A stretch of 32,000 nt of DNA from Saccharolobus solfataricus (lineage in GTDB: Archaea; Thermoproteota; Thermoprotei_A; Sulfolobales; Sulfolobaceae): assembly GCF_900079115.1 (NCBI RefSeq), contig NZ_LT549890.1:1740001-1772000 (forward strand), written 5' to 3'. The notes below the pieces were generated by a model. The model did not search any database, was not told the DNA's origin, and worked only from the letters and a program-made list of their open reading frames with translations. This document shows, piece after piece, positions 17,199-26,181 of the stretch. Position 1 is the first letter of the stretch; every line of letters begins with the position of its first letter. The position numbers and the translations under genes were made by a program.

Positions 17199-18629
17199 TT
17201 ATGTCGTTCCCCTATGCTTAAATTGTATTGGATATAGCTTTTCTTTTATCCATGATCTTACGTCGTAAAATGTTATGTTATTGTAGGGACATACTTCCAC
17301 GCAATCCCCAACGCCTACACATTTAAATGACTTGAATTCCCCTTTCTTTATGAACCACGCTCTCATATCGGTTAACCCAACTGGACAAGCATTGGCACAG
17401 TCAACTGTTTTACAGTTTAAGCACTGTTTTAGATCTCTAACTTTAAGTTTAAAAAACCCTAAATAACCGAAAAGTTGATTAAAAGATCCCCATGCGCATA
17501 TTCCACTATTTACACACGCGTAATTTCCTAAAAACGGCATTAACATAAATTGGAAGTACCAGATCACATTAAAATATAAGCTAGTGTAAAACATTGTAGG
17601 ATCATTACCTAAGATTGAGAATTTTAAAAATGATAAAACTGCTAGAATTATCAATGAAATCCACGTTATACTCATTACCCATTTATACCAAGAAGACATT
17701 CTTGACGTTAATGTTTTTCTACCGACTTTTGATGATCTATTATACTTCTTCATAGAATTAAGGAATGTATTTTGTAACATATAAGGAGCTGTGCACGTTA
17801 CGGAGCATATTTGTCTCGAACCAAACATGAAAGAAAGAATTGCTGTAACCGTAAAGGTTCCTATAATACCATCAAGTAGGTAGGAAGATCTTACCGGTCC
17901 GTAAGTTCCTAAGCCGTTAAACCACATATAAGGAATATATTGCACTTCACTCTGTAGGGGTGAGAATGATGGTAGGTAAATACTATAGAACGCATAAGCA
18001 AACATCATTAGTAAATACCTTATTTTGTTCTCCAACTTATTATATTCTATTATTCTAAAAATGCCAATTACCCCAAGCCATATCCCCATGTCTATCATGA
18101 ACCAAGGACTAGCTGTAATGGAAGCGAAAGCTGATATGAAATTCATGATAGCTAAAAAGGGATAGGAGAAATAGCCGAATTGGCCAAAAACAGAGAAGTT
18201 ACCTTGGGTTAAATCTAAAAATCCACTGATAAACCAATTTAACAGAAAAGCTAGTAATAATAACGTAAAAGCTACTTTTGAATTTTGCAAGTAATTAGTC
18301 TTCTTTTTGATTATCCTCTTCAATCTATATAAAGAGAGAGAAATGATTATTAGGTAAGATAAAAAAACAATATCCGTTGCTTTCAATAGATGTGTAAAAA
18401 ACTGAGCAGCGTAAATTAAGGACAACATGGAAAGTATCTCTAATACTATATAAGGACTATTTGTTGAACTCTGCCTTCTTAAATAAAGTCCTTGAAAGAG
18501 TAAACCCACAAATATGAGACTAATAAATGCGGAAATTATGGGAAAAATTAAAGATATAAAAATAATAAATAGAAGAAATATATAAGATCTATCTAAGATA
18601 TAATGAAAAACAGTTACCTTTATATTCAC
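17199..18629 (-). CDS. Integral membrane polyferredoxin (NapH/CcoG-like, two 4Fe-4S motifs)
   Basis: 476 aa with many TM segments. CSVTCTAPY is a CX3C-type motif. The C-terminal CLNCKTVDCANACP and CVGVGDCVEVCP are ferredoxin motifs. Confidence 0.7.
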   Translation of the reverse strand: MNIKVTVFHYILDRSYIFLLFIIFISLIFPIISAFISLIFVGLLFQGLYLRRQSSTNSPYIVLEILSMLSLIYAAQFFTHLLKATDIVFLSYLIIISLSLYRLKRIIKKKTNYLQNSKVAFTLLLLAFLLNWFISGFLDLTQGNFSVFGQFGYFSYPFLAIMNFISAFASITASPWFMIDMGIWLGVIGIFRIIEYNKLENKIRYLLMMFAYAFYSIYLPSFSPLQSEVQYIPYMWFNGLGTYGPVRSSYLLDGIIGTFTVTAILSFMFGSRQICSVTCTAPYMLQNTFLNSMKKYNRSSKVGRKTLTSRMSSWYKWVMSITWISLIILAVLSFLKFSILGNDPTMFYTSLYFNVIWYFQFMLMPFLGNYACVNSGICAWGSFNQLFGYLGFFKLKVRDLKQCLNCKTVDCANACPVGLTDMRAWFIKKGEFKSFKCVGVGDCVEVCPYNNITFYDVRSWIKEKLYPIQFKHRGTT

Positions 18630-19394
18630 TTTTACTCCCCTCTAATCGATATTAAATTGGGTATGGATAAACAGCTGGATCACTGAAGAATAATACCATA
18701 TTGGAGTTAGTAGCAGTGAATAGCTGAGATGGTGAAGTTACACCAGGTACCACTACGTCTAATCCCGGTTTACCTAGTGCTTCCCATATGGGATTATTTG
18801 CATTGGCAGCTGCAACTGCACTATCATAAGTTCCCATTGCTTGTTCCAATGCGTTAATGTTATTTAAGCATAATCCAGTGGGATTGCTCTGATTAGAAGG
18901 CACTACTTGTTGACATTGTCCAGTTATTGGATTAGGAAAGATATTAGGGTTGAATACTAATACTACGACGATGTACCATGGTATTGAAGTATTAGTGGCA
19001 AAAGTTACTAAGTGATCGTGCGCTGGTGTAGGTAAAACTCCTTCTGGTAGTCCGAAAACTCCATTCTTTATGCCTAAGTATTGCTCGACTACAGTAAAAG
19101 CTGGAGAGTAAATTAAGCTCATATGGTCTGGACATGCAGTTTCAGTAAGTGCCGCACCACACTGGGTTATTATTGTGTAGTTTAGTCCGTTATAGTGGAA
19201 TGTTGGAAATCCTTGAGGAGTCGCGCCTAGAGCTGGAACTCCAAATATGGATAAGCCAGCAAATGCTGGTACTAATACAAACACTGGTGCTGCTCCCTTA
19301 GGGAAGGCTGATATATTACCTGCACCTACTTCGCAACCCATAGCTACCTTACTTTGATTTACAGCATTAGGGAAGAATACAGTAGCATTAGGTG

Positions 19395-20621
19395 AGAGTG
19401 TCCGGAATGTAAAAAATTGAATTTTTATTGGCAAGAATAAATTGGTTTCTAGTATTATCTTGGATTAAATTGGAGTAACACTTAAGTTATGGGAGTAGAG
19501 GGTAGTACCATGGCAAGAACATTAAGACACATACCAAACCTGATGTACTACCCTCTTCCCCCAATAGAGGATATGCCGTGGAGGGAAAAATGGTTAACGG
19601 AGATCAAGCCCGTGCTGGACGCCATGGATTTGGAGAGGGTCCTTGGCGAGGGCGCGCTGGTTTACCTGAAGTTGTTAATCGTCATGGTGCTCTATTCCTG
19701 CTCCTATAGGGACGCGGTGAAAATGGTCAACGTGAACGTGGTCGTGGCCTGGTTCGTGGGGAGGAAGGTGGGGAAGAGCACGCTGCACGACTTCGTGGGC
19801 AGGTTGTACGGGGTGAGGAAGAAGTTGTTGGAGATTTCCTTCAAGCTTGAGGAGAAGTGCCTACCCAGTTACCTCCCTGCGAGCGCGCATCTCGTGGACT
19901 TCATGGCGTGGCTAGTGGACTCCTTCCTACTGGACTTACCTCCTGGGAAGAGGAGCGTGGAGACCTTTCGGGAGAAGGCGGAGCTGGAGAGGAGGGAAGG
20001 TAACTTGGAGAGGGCCAGGAAGCTGCTCTCCCTGGGGAGAACCAAGAGGAGGTTCGAGGGAAGGTGGACCAAGAAGAGAGGGGTCTCGCACTACGGGCTC
20101 AAGGCAGTGGCCGTGATCTCCGTCTCCCTCTTCGTGAGGTCCATCACGTTGAAGCCAGCCAACTTCTCGGACAAGAGGTTCAAGTCACCGCTCAAGGGGA
20201 TTAAGATCGCGGACAGGGGATTCTCTCCCTCCCCGACACAGCTCATAGCGCGGGAGAAGCCCTTCACTACCCTGAGGGCCCACGTGGAGTTCTTCGGCAC
20301 CTACCTGAACGCGTTCTGGAGGCCCTACGGGACTACGACTTGGAGGAACGACGTCTTCCTTCACGTCCTGGGAGTGATCTACAACATCAAGATATTCCTC
20401 GCGATCCAACGGAGGACTCCTCCAGAACGTAGAGCCGTTCAGCTCTGAGACGCACCTCCTCGCGATCAGACAACGCTATGCGCGATAGGTAAATCCTCTC
20501 GTCTTGATATTTTTCCATTATAAAGTTTTTCTCGGTGATCCAGGTCCTATCCTTCTGGCAATATTAATATTTATCATTCTGTTTATCTATTCGTTCAGAT
20601 AATTACATTCCGGACACTCTC
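19395..20621 (+). mobile_element. ISC1225-like IS, copy 2
   Basis: Same IRs as copy 1 and the same 1227-bp length. Flanking duplication aggtg at 19390-19394 and 20622-20626. Confidence 0.85.
19489..20448 (+). CDS. Transposase of the ISC1225-like element (intact)
   Basis: 319-aa ORF, 4 substitutions relative to 11217-12176. Confidence 0.85.
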   Translation: MGVEGSTMARTLRHIPNLMYYPLPPIEDMPWREKWLTEIKPVLDAMDLERVLGEGALVYLKLLIVMVLYSCSYRDAVKMVNVNVVVAWFVGRKVGKSTLHDFVGRLYGVRKKLLEISFKLEEKCLPSYLPASAHLVDFMAWLVDSFLLDLPPGKRSVETFREKAELERREGNLERARKLLSLGRTKRRFEGRWTKKRGVSHYGLKAVAVISVSLFVRSITLKPANFSDKRFKSPLKGIKIADRGFSPSPTQLIAREKPFTTLRAHVEFFGTYLNAFWRPYGTTTWRNDVFLHVLGVIYNIKIFLAIQRRTPPERRAVQL

Positions 20622-21059
20622 AGGTGTGCACATGAATTGGCTAGTGTATAGGAATGTTATTACCTTTCCGTTGTAAAATGCCCCACTTGCATTTACTGTA
20701 ACTGGTCTAGTTATCACTTGAGTGGATGTTACAGTTTGTGTAGATGTCTGAGTAACAGTGGCTGTCTGTGTCGATGTCATAGTTTGTGTAGAAGTTTGAG
20801 TATACGTCAATGTAGTGGTAGATGGTGGTGTTGTTACAGTGGACGGTGCAGTGGATGGCTTTGTAGCGTATAATGCGAAGCCTACGGCTGCTATTATTAC
20901 CAATACTATTACTACTCCCGCAAAAACCGCATTAGATACAGCTCTTGGTTCTTTTTTCATTTCTTGAATCACTAATACACTACTAAATTACAGAAATTTA
21001 ACTATGCGTTTGAAAGTTTCTAACGCAAACTAATATTCAATTTTTAATTCTACTATTCT

Positions 21060-21875
21060 ATGAGAAGGCAAACCTCAAGATACCTCTTGATTACTATAGT
21101 AATAATAGCAATTATTGTAATAGCGGGTAGTGCATTATCACAGCTTAGGAGTACTAGTTCACCCTTAATAGATAAACCAATAGCGGGTGATGTATATAAT
21201 CAGTTAGTGGAAATAAGTAATCAAGGTTATAATATAACTGCATTACCTACAAATGACTTTAAAGTATTGCCACTTAACTTTTCATCTAATGGTAAACCTG
21301 CTATAATATATGTTGGTGCAGAGTGGTGCCCCTATTGTGGAGCTGAGAGATGGGCTCTAATCATAGCTCTTCTTAGATTTGGCAATTTCTCGAACTTGGA
21401 GTACATGGTTTCAAGTCCCACTGATGTATATCCCAATACTCCTACCTTCACTTTCGCTAACTCCACATATAATAGTCCCTATATATCATTCTATGGGATT
21501 GAATATCAAGATAGGAATTATCAACCGTTAGACAAAGTGCCGACTCCAATATATAACATGTGGGAGAATTATGGAAATCTATCTATTCCCTTCTTGATAA
21601 TAGGATACTATTATAAAGTAGGAACAAGTATAGATCCGGGCCTATTATCTGGACACAACTGGACATATGTCTTAGATCAACTTCACAACCCAAATAGCCT
21701 AGTTTATAAAGAAATTTACTCCGAGGCGAATTTAATAACTCAAATGATTTGTAAAGTGGATGGATATAAGCCTTACAACGTATGCTCTCACTTTATGCAA
21801 GCTAGTGTTAATAGTGATAGCAGTCTATTTTATGTGAGTACAAGTCTAAGGATCAACAGTGGTGATGATTTATGA
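21060..21875 (+). CDS. Membrane-anchored thioredoxin-fold protein (DUF929-like, CPYC motif)
   Basis: 271 aa with an N-terminal TM anchor. The redox motif is [15 protein letters not shown]. Confidence 0.65.
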   Translation: MRRQTSRYLLITIVIIAIIVIAGSALSQLRSTSSPLIDKPIAGDVYNQLVEISNQGYNITALPTNDFKVLPLNFSSNGKPAIIYVGAEWCPYCGAERWALIIALLRFGNFSNLEYMVSSPTDVYPNTPTFTFANSTYNSPYISFYGIEYQDRNYQPLDKVPTPIYNMWENYGNLSIPFLIIGYYYKVGTSIDPGLLSGHNWTYVLDQLHNPNSLVYKEIYSEANLITQMICKVDGYKPYNVCSHFMQASVNSDSSLFYVSTSLRINSGDDL

Positions 21876-22252
21876 TTAAAAAGATTGGTATAGGTTTTTC
21901 TTTAATTGGGTTGATAGATTCATTATACTTATTTATATTAACTAGGTTGGAAAAACCATTAATGTACTGTAATATATCAAGCTTAGTTAATTGTAGCAAA
22001 GTAGAATTTAGCCAATTCTCTACCTTTCTAGGAATACCTGATGCTCTCTTGGGAACAATCTTCTTCTCAATTATGCTGATTTTGTGGATATTAATGTTTA
22101 CGGAGGAACTAAAATATTTATGGATTGTAGGCAGCGTCTTTACGATCTATCTAATTTATACTGAAATTTTAATAGGGAACATATGCCTATATTGTACGAT
22201 AGCTCACTTATCTTGCCTAATCCAAGGATTCATAATATTCCACAGATCATAG
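21872..22252 (+). CDS. VKOR-family (vitamin K epoxide reductase-like) membrane oxidoreductase
   Basis: 126 aa with 4 TM helices. A loop cysteine pair lies in [10 protein letters not shown] and a CLYC motif in the last TM. An ATGA overlap couples it to the upstream thioredoxin-like gene. Confidence 0.7.
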   Translation: MIKKIGIGFSLIGLIDSLYLFILTRLEKPLMYCNISSLVNCSKVEFSQFSTFLGIPDALLGTIFFSIMLILWILMFTEELKYLWIVGSVFTIYLIYTEILIGNICLYCTIAHLSCLIQGFIIFHRS

Positions 22253-22425
22253 TACAAATTATGGAAATTTAAGGGATTAACAAACCTGATAGTCCATAAT
22301 GCGTAATCTGCTAGCCTTTTACGCTTCATCTGATACCGTGAGTAGAATTGATGTTTATTAAATAAATAAATAAAAAAAAGAATTTATCTTTTATCAATAA
22401 AGATGCACGCTGTTTTATAATGAAA

Positions 22426-22953
22426 TCATATGCTAAGTGAACTTATATTCTTAGACAAGTACTTATCAACAAACACTTGTGGAGTTACCATTTTCTGTAA
22501 TTCTTTTATGACTGCACTTGGTAATAGTCTACCAAGAATTCCTATATTAACCATCATTGAAGATAAAATAACCAATTGAGAGTTTTCCTCGTTTATTTTC
22601 CTTACTTTAAATCCGAAATTATATATTAGTTTATCTGAAGTAAATTTGTATTCAATAAGGTCGATGTTCAATTTCGGACCTTCTAGCTTTCCCACAATAC
22701 TTCGCTTTAAAACTAGTCCCGTTTTATCTTTACTTAATGGTAAATATACTATAGCCTTATCTTGAATTGGGACAATTACATTCGATATTCCGAATAACAA
22801 TTTCGGATTTCTCAAGATATTATACAAGACATCATTTCTTATTCTCAAGTTTAGGCTGTCTGAGTGATTAATCCTGTGCCAATACTTGCTTCTTATATGT
22901 TTTTTAAAATCTCTTTCTGTTTCAAATGTCGTCTCGCAGCACCTATATGCCAT
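22426..22953 (-). CDS. Hypothetical protein with an N-terminal C2H2-like zinc-finger motif
   Basis: 175 aa. YRCCETTFETERDFKKHIRSKYWH fits a C-C...H...H pattern. Confidence 0.4.
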   Translation of the reverse strand: MAYRCCETTFETERDFKKHIRSKYWHRINHSDSLNLRIRNDVLYNILRNPKLLFGISNVIVPIQDKAIVYLPLSKDKTGLVLKRSIVGKLEGPKLNIDLIEYKFTSDKLIYNFGFKVRKINEENSQLVILSSMMVNIGILGRLLPSAVIKELQKMVTPQVFVDKYLSKNISSLSI

Positions 22954-23030
22954 GTGCTTTTCTATAAAAATCTTACTTTAATTTTTGTGTTAGGAACTTT
23001 TTAATGCCTTATTAAGACTAAAATTACATA

Positions 23031-23801
23031 TTACTGAAACATGTAATCATATATAATCATTACATCTGCTGTATTATCTATCTGCCTAGCTAGATCTATA
23101 TATTTCCTGGCTCTCTCCATATTATCTGCATAACATACTGTTATTCCGGCATAGCCGTCAGTGAATTGCCATAATTTACATTCCTGCAATACCACTGATA
23201 TCTCGTCTATGTTTTTAGAGAAAATTGAGAATATTATGATGTCGGTTTTACCTAAATCTATCTGTGGGGCTACTAGAATTAAACCCCTGTGCCTTAAATA
23301 CCTTATGTGCTTTTCAATGATTCTAGAATTAACGTTGATTTTCTTGGAAATCTCAGAGGAAGATAATCTAGGATCTATCTTTAGTATTTCAACTATTTTT
23401 TGATCTAAATTAGATGCCCTAAATAGAGACTGCACAGGGAAGTAGGACAATACTGGGTCTCCTAAATTTTTGGTCATGTAACTAATTTTGTCCTTCAATT
23501 CAGTGTTATCTGAAGCGTATATTCCGTAAACGTTTAGCCATTCAAGACATTTCAGTTTGAACGATATCCAATCCGCATCTATATCGCTATAGTTTTTAAA
23601 AGCTATGAAAATTTGATATTTCCCAAAGAAATTGGGATTGACGTAAAGTTTAAAACCCTTTAGAATCCCACTATCCGTAAGTTTCTTAAATCTATAATTT
23701 AGACTAGCTGGCGTTAGATTTAACAGCGAGGCGATTCTCCTTTGCGATATTCTTCCGTCTTTTAAGAGGTAAAAGAGGATTCTCTTATCAATAATGTCCA
23801 T
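23031..23801 (-). CDS. Lrp/AsnC-family transcriptional regulator with two HTH modules
   Basis: IDKRILFYLLKDGRISQRRIASLLNLTPASLNYRFKKL, plus a second module DQKIVEILKIDPRLSSSEISKKINVNSRIIEKHIRYL. Confidence 0.75.
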   Translation of the reverse strand: MDIIDKRILFYLLKDGRISQRRIASLLNLTPASLNYRFKKLTDSGILKGFKLYVNPNFFGKYQIFIAFKNYSDIDADWISFKLKCLEWLNVYGIYASDNTELKDKISYMTKNLGDPVLSYFPVQSLFRASNLDQKIVEILKIDPRLSSSEISKKINVNSRIIEKHIRYLRHRGLILVAPQIDLGKTDIIIFSIFSKNIDEISVVLQECKLWQFTDGYAGITVCYADNMERARKYIDLARQIDNTADVMIIYDYMFQ

Positions 23802-23808
23802 GCCTTTT

Positions 23809-24021
23809 TCACACTTTCTTTATGTTTTGTTTTATCTTATTTTTTATATCATCTGAAATTTCTGTCATGTTATGAACATCCTTAGCGTGGATCTTTAAAA
23901 TTTCTAGTACTTCCTCTTCCGAGCTCGCGCCTTTTACTTCAAAGCCACAATCCATACCAACACTTCCACAACTGAAGGCAAACTTTTTCTTCCTCCCTAT
24001 ACCAAATACCATTTTTATCAT
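23809..24021 (-). CDS. DUF1059-like small protein
   Basis: 70 aa. FSCGSVGMDCGFEV...HAKDVHN...IKQNIKKV is paralogous to both halves of 24106-24465. Confidence 0.65.
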   Translation of the reverse strand: MIKMVFGIGRKKKFAFSCGSVGMDCGFEVKGASSEEEVLEILKIHAKDVHNMTEISDDIKNKIKQNIKKV

Positions 24022-24105
24022 TATATAATAGGTAGAATTAGTATATAACAGTTAATTAGAAGAATTCTTACGCTTTTTTATATACTTAAACTGAAATAAT
24101 AACAT

Positions 24106-24465
24106 ATGCCAAAATATACATTCAAATGTGAAGATGTAGGGATGGATTGCGGTTTTGAAATAAAAAATGCTGGGACTGAGGACGAGCTATTAGAAATGCT
24201 TAAGATTCACGCTAAATCTAGTCATGGAGTTACATCTATTCCACCAGATCTATTAAACAAGATAAAACAAAACATAAAAAAGGTAGGGAAGTACTATTTC
24301 AGTTGTGCTAGCGTAGGAATGAACTGTGGATTTGAAATCATGGGAGCCCAATCTGAGCAAGAACTATTAGATGAATTAGCGGTACACGCTAAGATGTCAC
24401 ACGGCATGTCATCTATTCCACAAGACACGTTAAACAAGATAAAACAAAACATAAAAGTAATGTAA
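24106..24465 (+). CDS. Tandem double DUF1059-like protein
   Basis: 119 aa with two repeats of (F/Y)xC..VGM(D/N)CGFEI...HAK.SHG..SIP.D.LNKIKQNIK. Confidence 0.65.
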   Translation: MPKYTFKCEDVGMDCGFEIKNAGTEDELLEMLKIHAKSSHGVTSIPPDLLNKIKQNIKKVGKYYFSCASVGMNCGFEIMGAQSEQELLDELAVHAKMSHGMSSIPQDTLNKIKQNIKVM

Positions 24466-24565
24466 AGGTAATTTTTCCCCTTTTATTTTTCCCCTTCACT
24501 TTAGATTTCTCCTTAAAAGCTTTCATAATTATAGGAGGCGCATCTACTCCTTAGTAGACTAATTC

Positions 24566-24680
24566 TGACCTCTTCCCCACACCAAGAGGTTCCTTTAGGA
24601 TTGTTCACGGGTTTGCAGTTTTACCGTCTTTATAACTTCACAGCTAGTAGGATTAGCCTATCCTTAACCCTCTATATTTT
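24566..24680 (+). repeat. Diverged intergenic repeat family, copy B
   Basis: See 17069-17165. Confidence 0.35.
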
Positions 24681-24842
24681 CATTTCAATAACTTCATGTA
24701 TATAAGTGTATGTAGGGAATTAGCACTCAATAACCTTATAGGTGGCTCATAATGGTCCTTTATATCCATATAAATATTTGAGAACCCATTAGAAATTCTA
24801 CTACGCTACGAACATTTTAATTTATTAATTTATTACTTCTAA

Positions 24843-25952
24843 ATGTTACTTATGAAAGTGATAACTCTTTTTCTATTTCTCTTTATAATTTTAATTCCTA
24901 TTGTCAACGCTGGATATGACTATGGGTATGAGTTTGGATATGTTAATATGAATGGGATACAAGCTATAGTCACCCTTTACAATATCTCTCTTCAACCAGG
25001 ATCTCCTCCTATTTCAATTCAACAAAACGTATGTCTTAATTTAAATGGTAGCGAAATTTTAGTTCAAAACGTTATTATTCCATTAATTTTAACTGCAACT
25101 AATCAATATGAGATCAATTGGGTTAATAGTGTTTTCTATAATGGTTCGTATCACACTTTCTCCTATAGTTTTGTGGTCGGTAATACTTTCAATTTAACGA
25201 CAGTATGGGTAAATAGTAGCGATAAGCTTGTAATTACATTTTATCTTTCAAACTGCAGTACAAGTTTGAATAGGACTTATGTTTTATACGGGAATTATAT
25301 AGGAGTAGTGTATTCTGGATATGACGCAGGGACTGTAATCGTAGGGTTTAGGAATGGTGCTACAGCTGATTTTGTAAAAGGCTTTAACGTATCTATACAA
25401 GAGTTTTACAGATACGATAATAGTTGGTACGTTCCACCGGTAGCGTATAGCGGGTATTCAAATACTGGTGAGAGCGCTACAAATGGTTACGCATATTTTT
25501 ACGACGGGAAGGTTTGGGTGATCTATGGTAATGCCAGTACCCAAATGTTATATAATTTTAGCGTGATAATTGTTAACAACACAATTTTCACTTTTCCTAA
25601 GGGTAGTTTATGGTTATCAGATGGAAATTTCTTCACCGACTCTATACCTCTCAAGGGAAACTTAATTATTAGTCCATTTTATTACTTTAATTATTCATTT
25701 AGCACTAAAAAACAAATATTATTGAAATTCAACAATTACACTGTAGTGGATGGAATAAAGGGAAAGGCGTTTTATCTCCCATCCTCTGAGAACGTGTATA
25801 TAAGGGAGAACGGTAAGTGCGTAATGGAGTTCATTAATCAAAGTAACGTAAACCAAAGAGAAGGAGCAAATCCAATGAAATTGTTATTTGTAATTGTTGT
25901 AATAATAGCTGGTATCTTAAGCCTATTGTATTACAAAATGATAAGAAAATGA
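24843..25952 (+). CDS. Secreted, heavily N-glycosylatable protein, thermopsin-like (peptidase A5-like), with a C-terminal TM anchor
   Basis: 369 aa with a signal-like N-terminus and many N-x-S/T sequons. ISIQQNVCLNLNGSEILVQNVI resembles the thermopsin-family core motif as I remember it. A C-terminal hydrophobic helix is present. Confidence 0.45.
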   Translation: MLLMKVITLFLFLFIILIPIVNAGYDYGYEFGYVNMNGIQAIVTLYNISLQPGSPPISIQQNVCLNLNGSEILVQNVIIPLILTATNQYEINWVNSVFYNGSYHTFSYSFVVGNTFNLTTVWVNSSDKLVITFYLSNCSTSLNRTYVLYGNYIGVVYSGYDAGTVIVGFRNGATADFVKGFNVSIQEFYRYDNSWYVPPVAYSGYSNTGESATNGYAYFYDGKVWVIYGNASTQMLYNFSVIIVNNTIFTFPKGSLWLSDGNFFTDSIPLKGNLIISPFYYFNYSFSTKKQILLKFNNYTVVDGIKGKAFYLPSSENVYIRENGKCVMEFINQSNVNQREGANPMKLLFVIVVIIAGILSLLYYKMIRK

Positions 25953-26181
25953 AAGTTTGTGATTATTCTATATATTTAATCAACTCTCAGCCTAATTAGA
26001 GGTAAAGGGTTATCCACCTTATGGATACCTTGTAACGATAATATTAAATATTGAGGAGCTGTCAGACGCATTGCGAAGTTTAGCTGAGTACTTACGCTCC
26101 ATAATGAATTAACAGAATAAGGTTATAGAAGCGGAATGATAAATGGCTAACTTTATCACCTCAATACATTAAATCTATATT

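Larger units (their letters stand above)
18652..20972 (-). pseudogene. Membrane-anchored Thr-rich secreted protein gene interrupted by an ISC1225-like element
   Basis: The N-terminal part (20627-20972) has a TM anchor and TQTSTQT repeats. The C-terminal part (18652-19389) is the globular domain. Removing the IS and one aggtg copy restores ...FMCTP-NATVFF... in frame. Confidence 0.75.
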
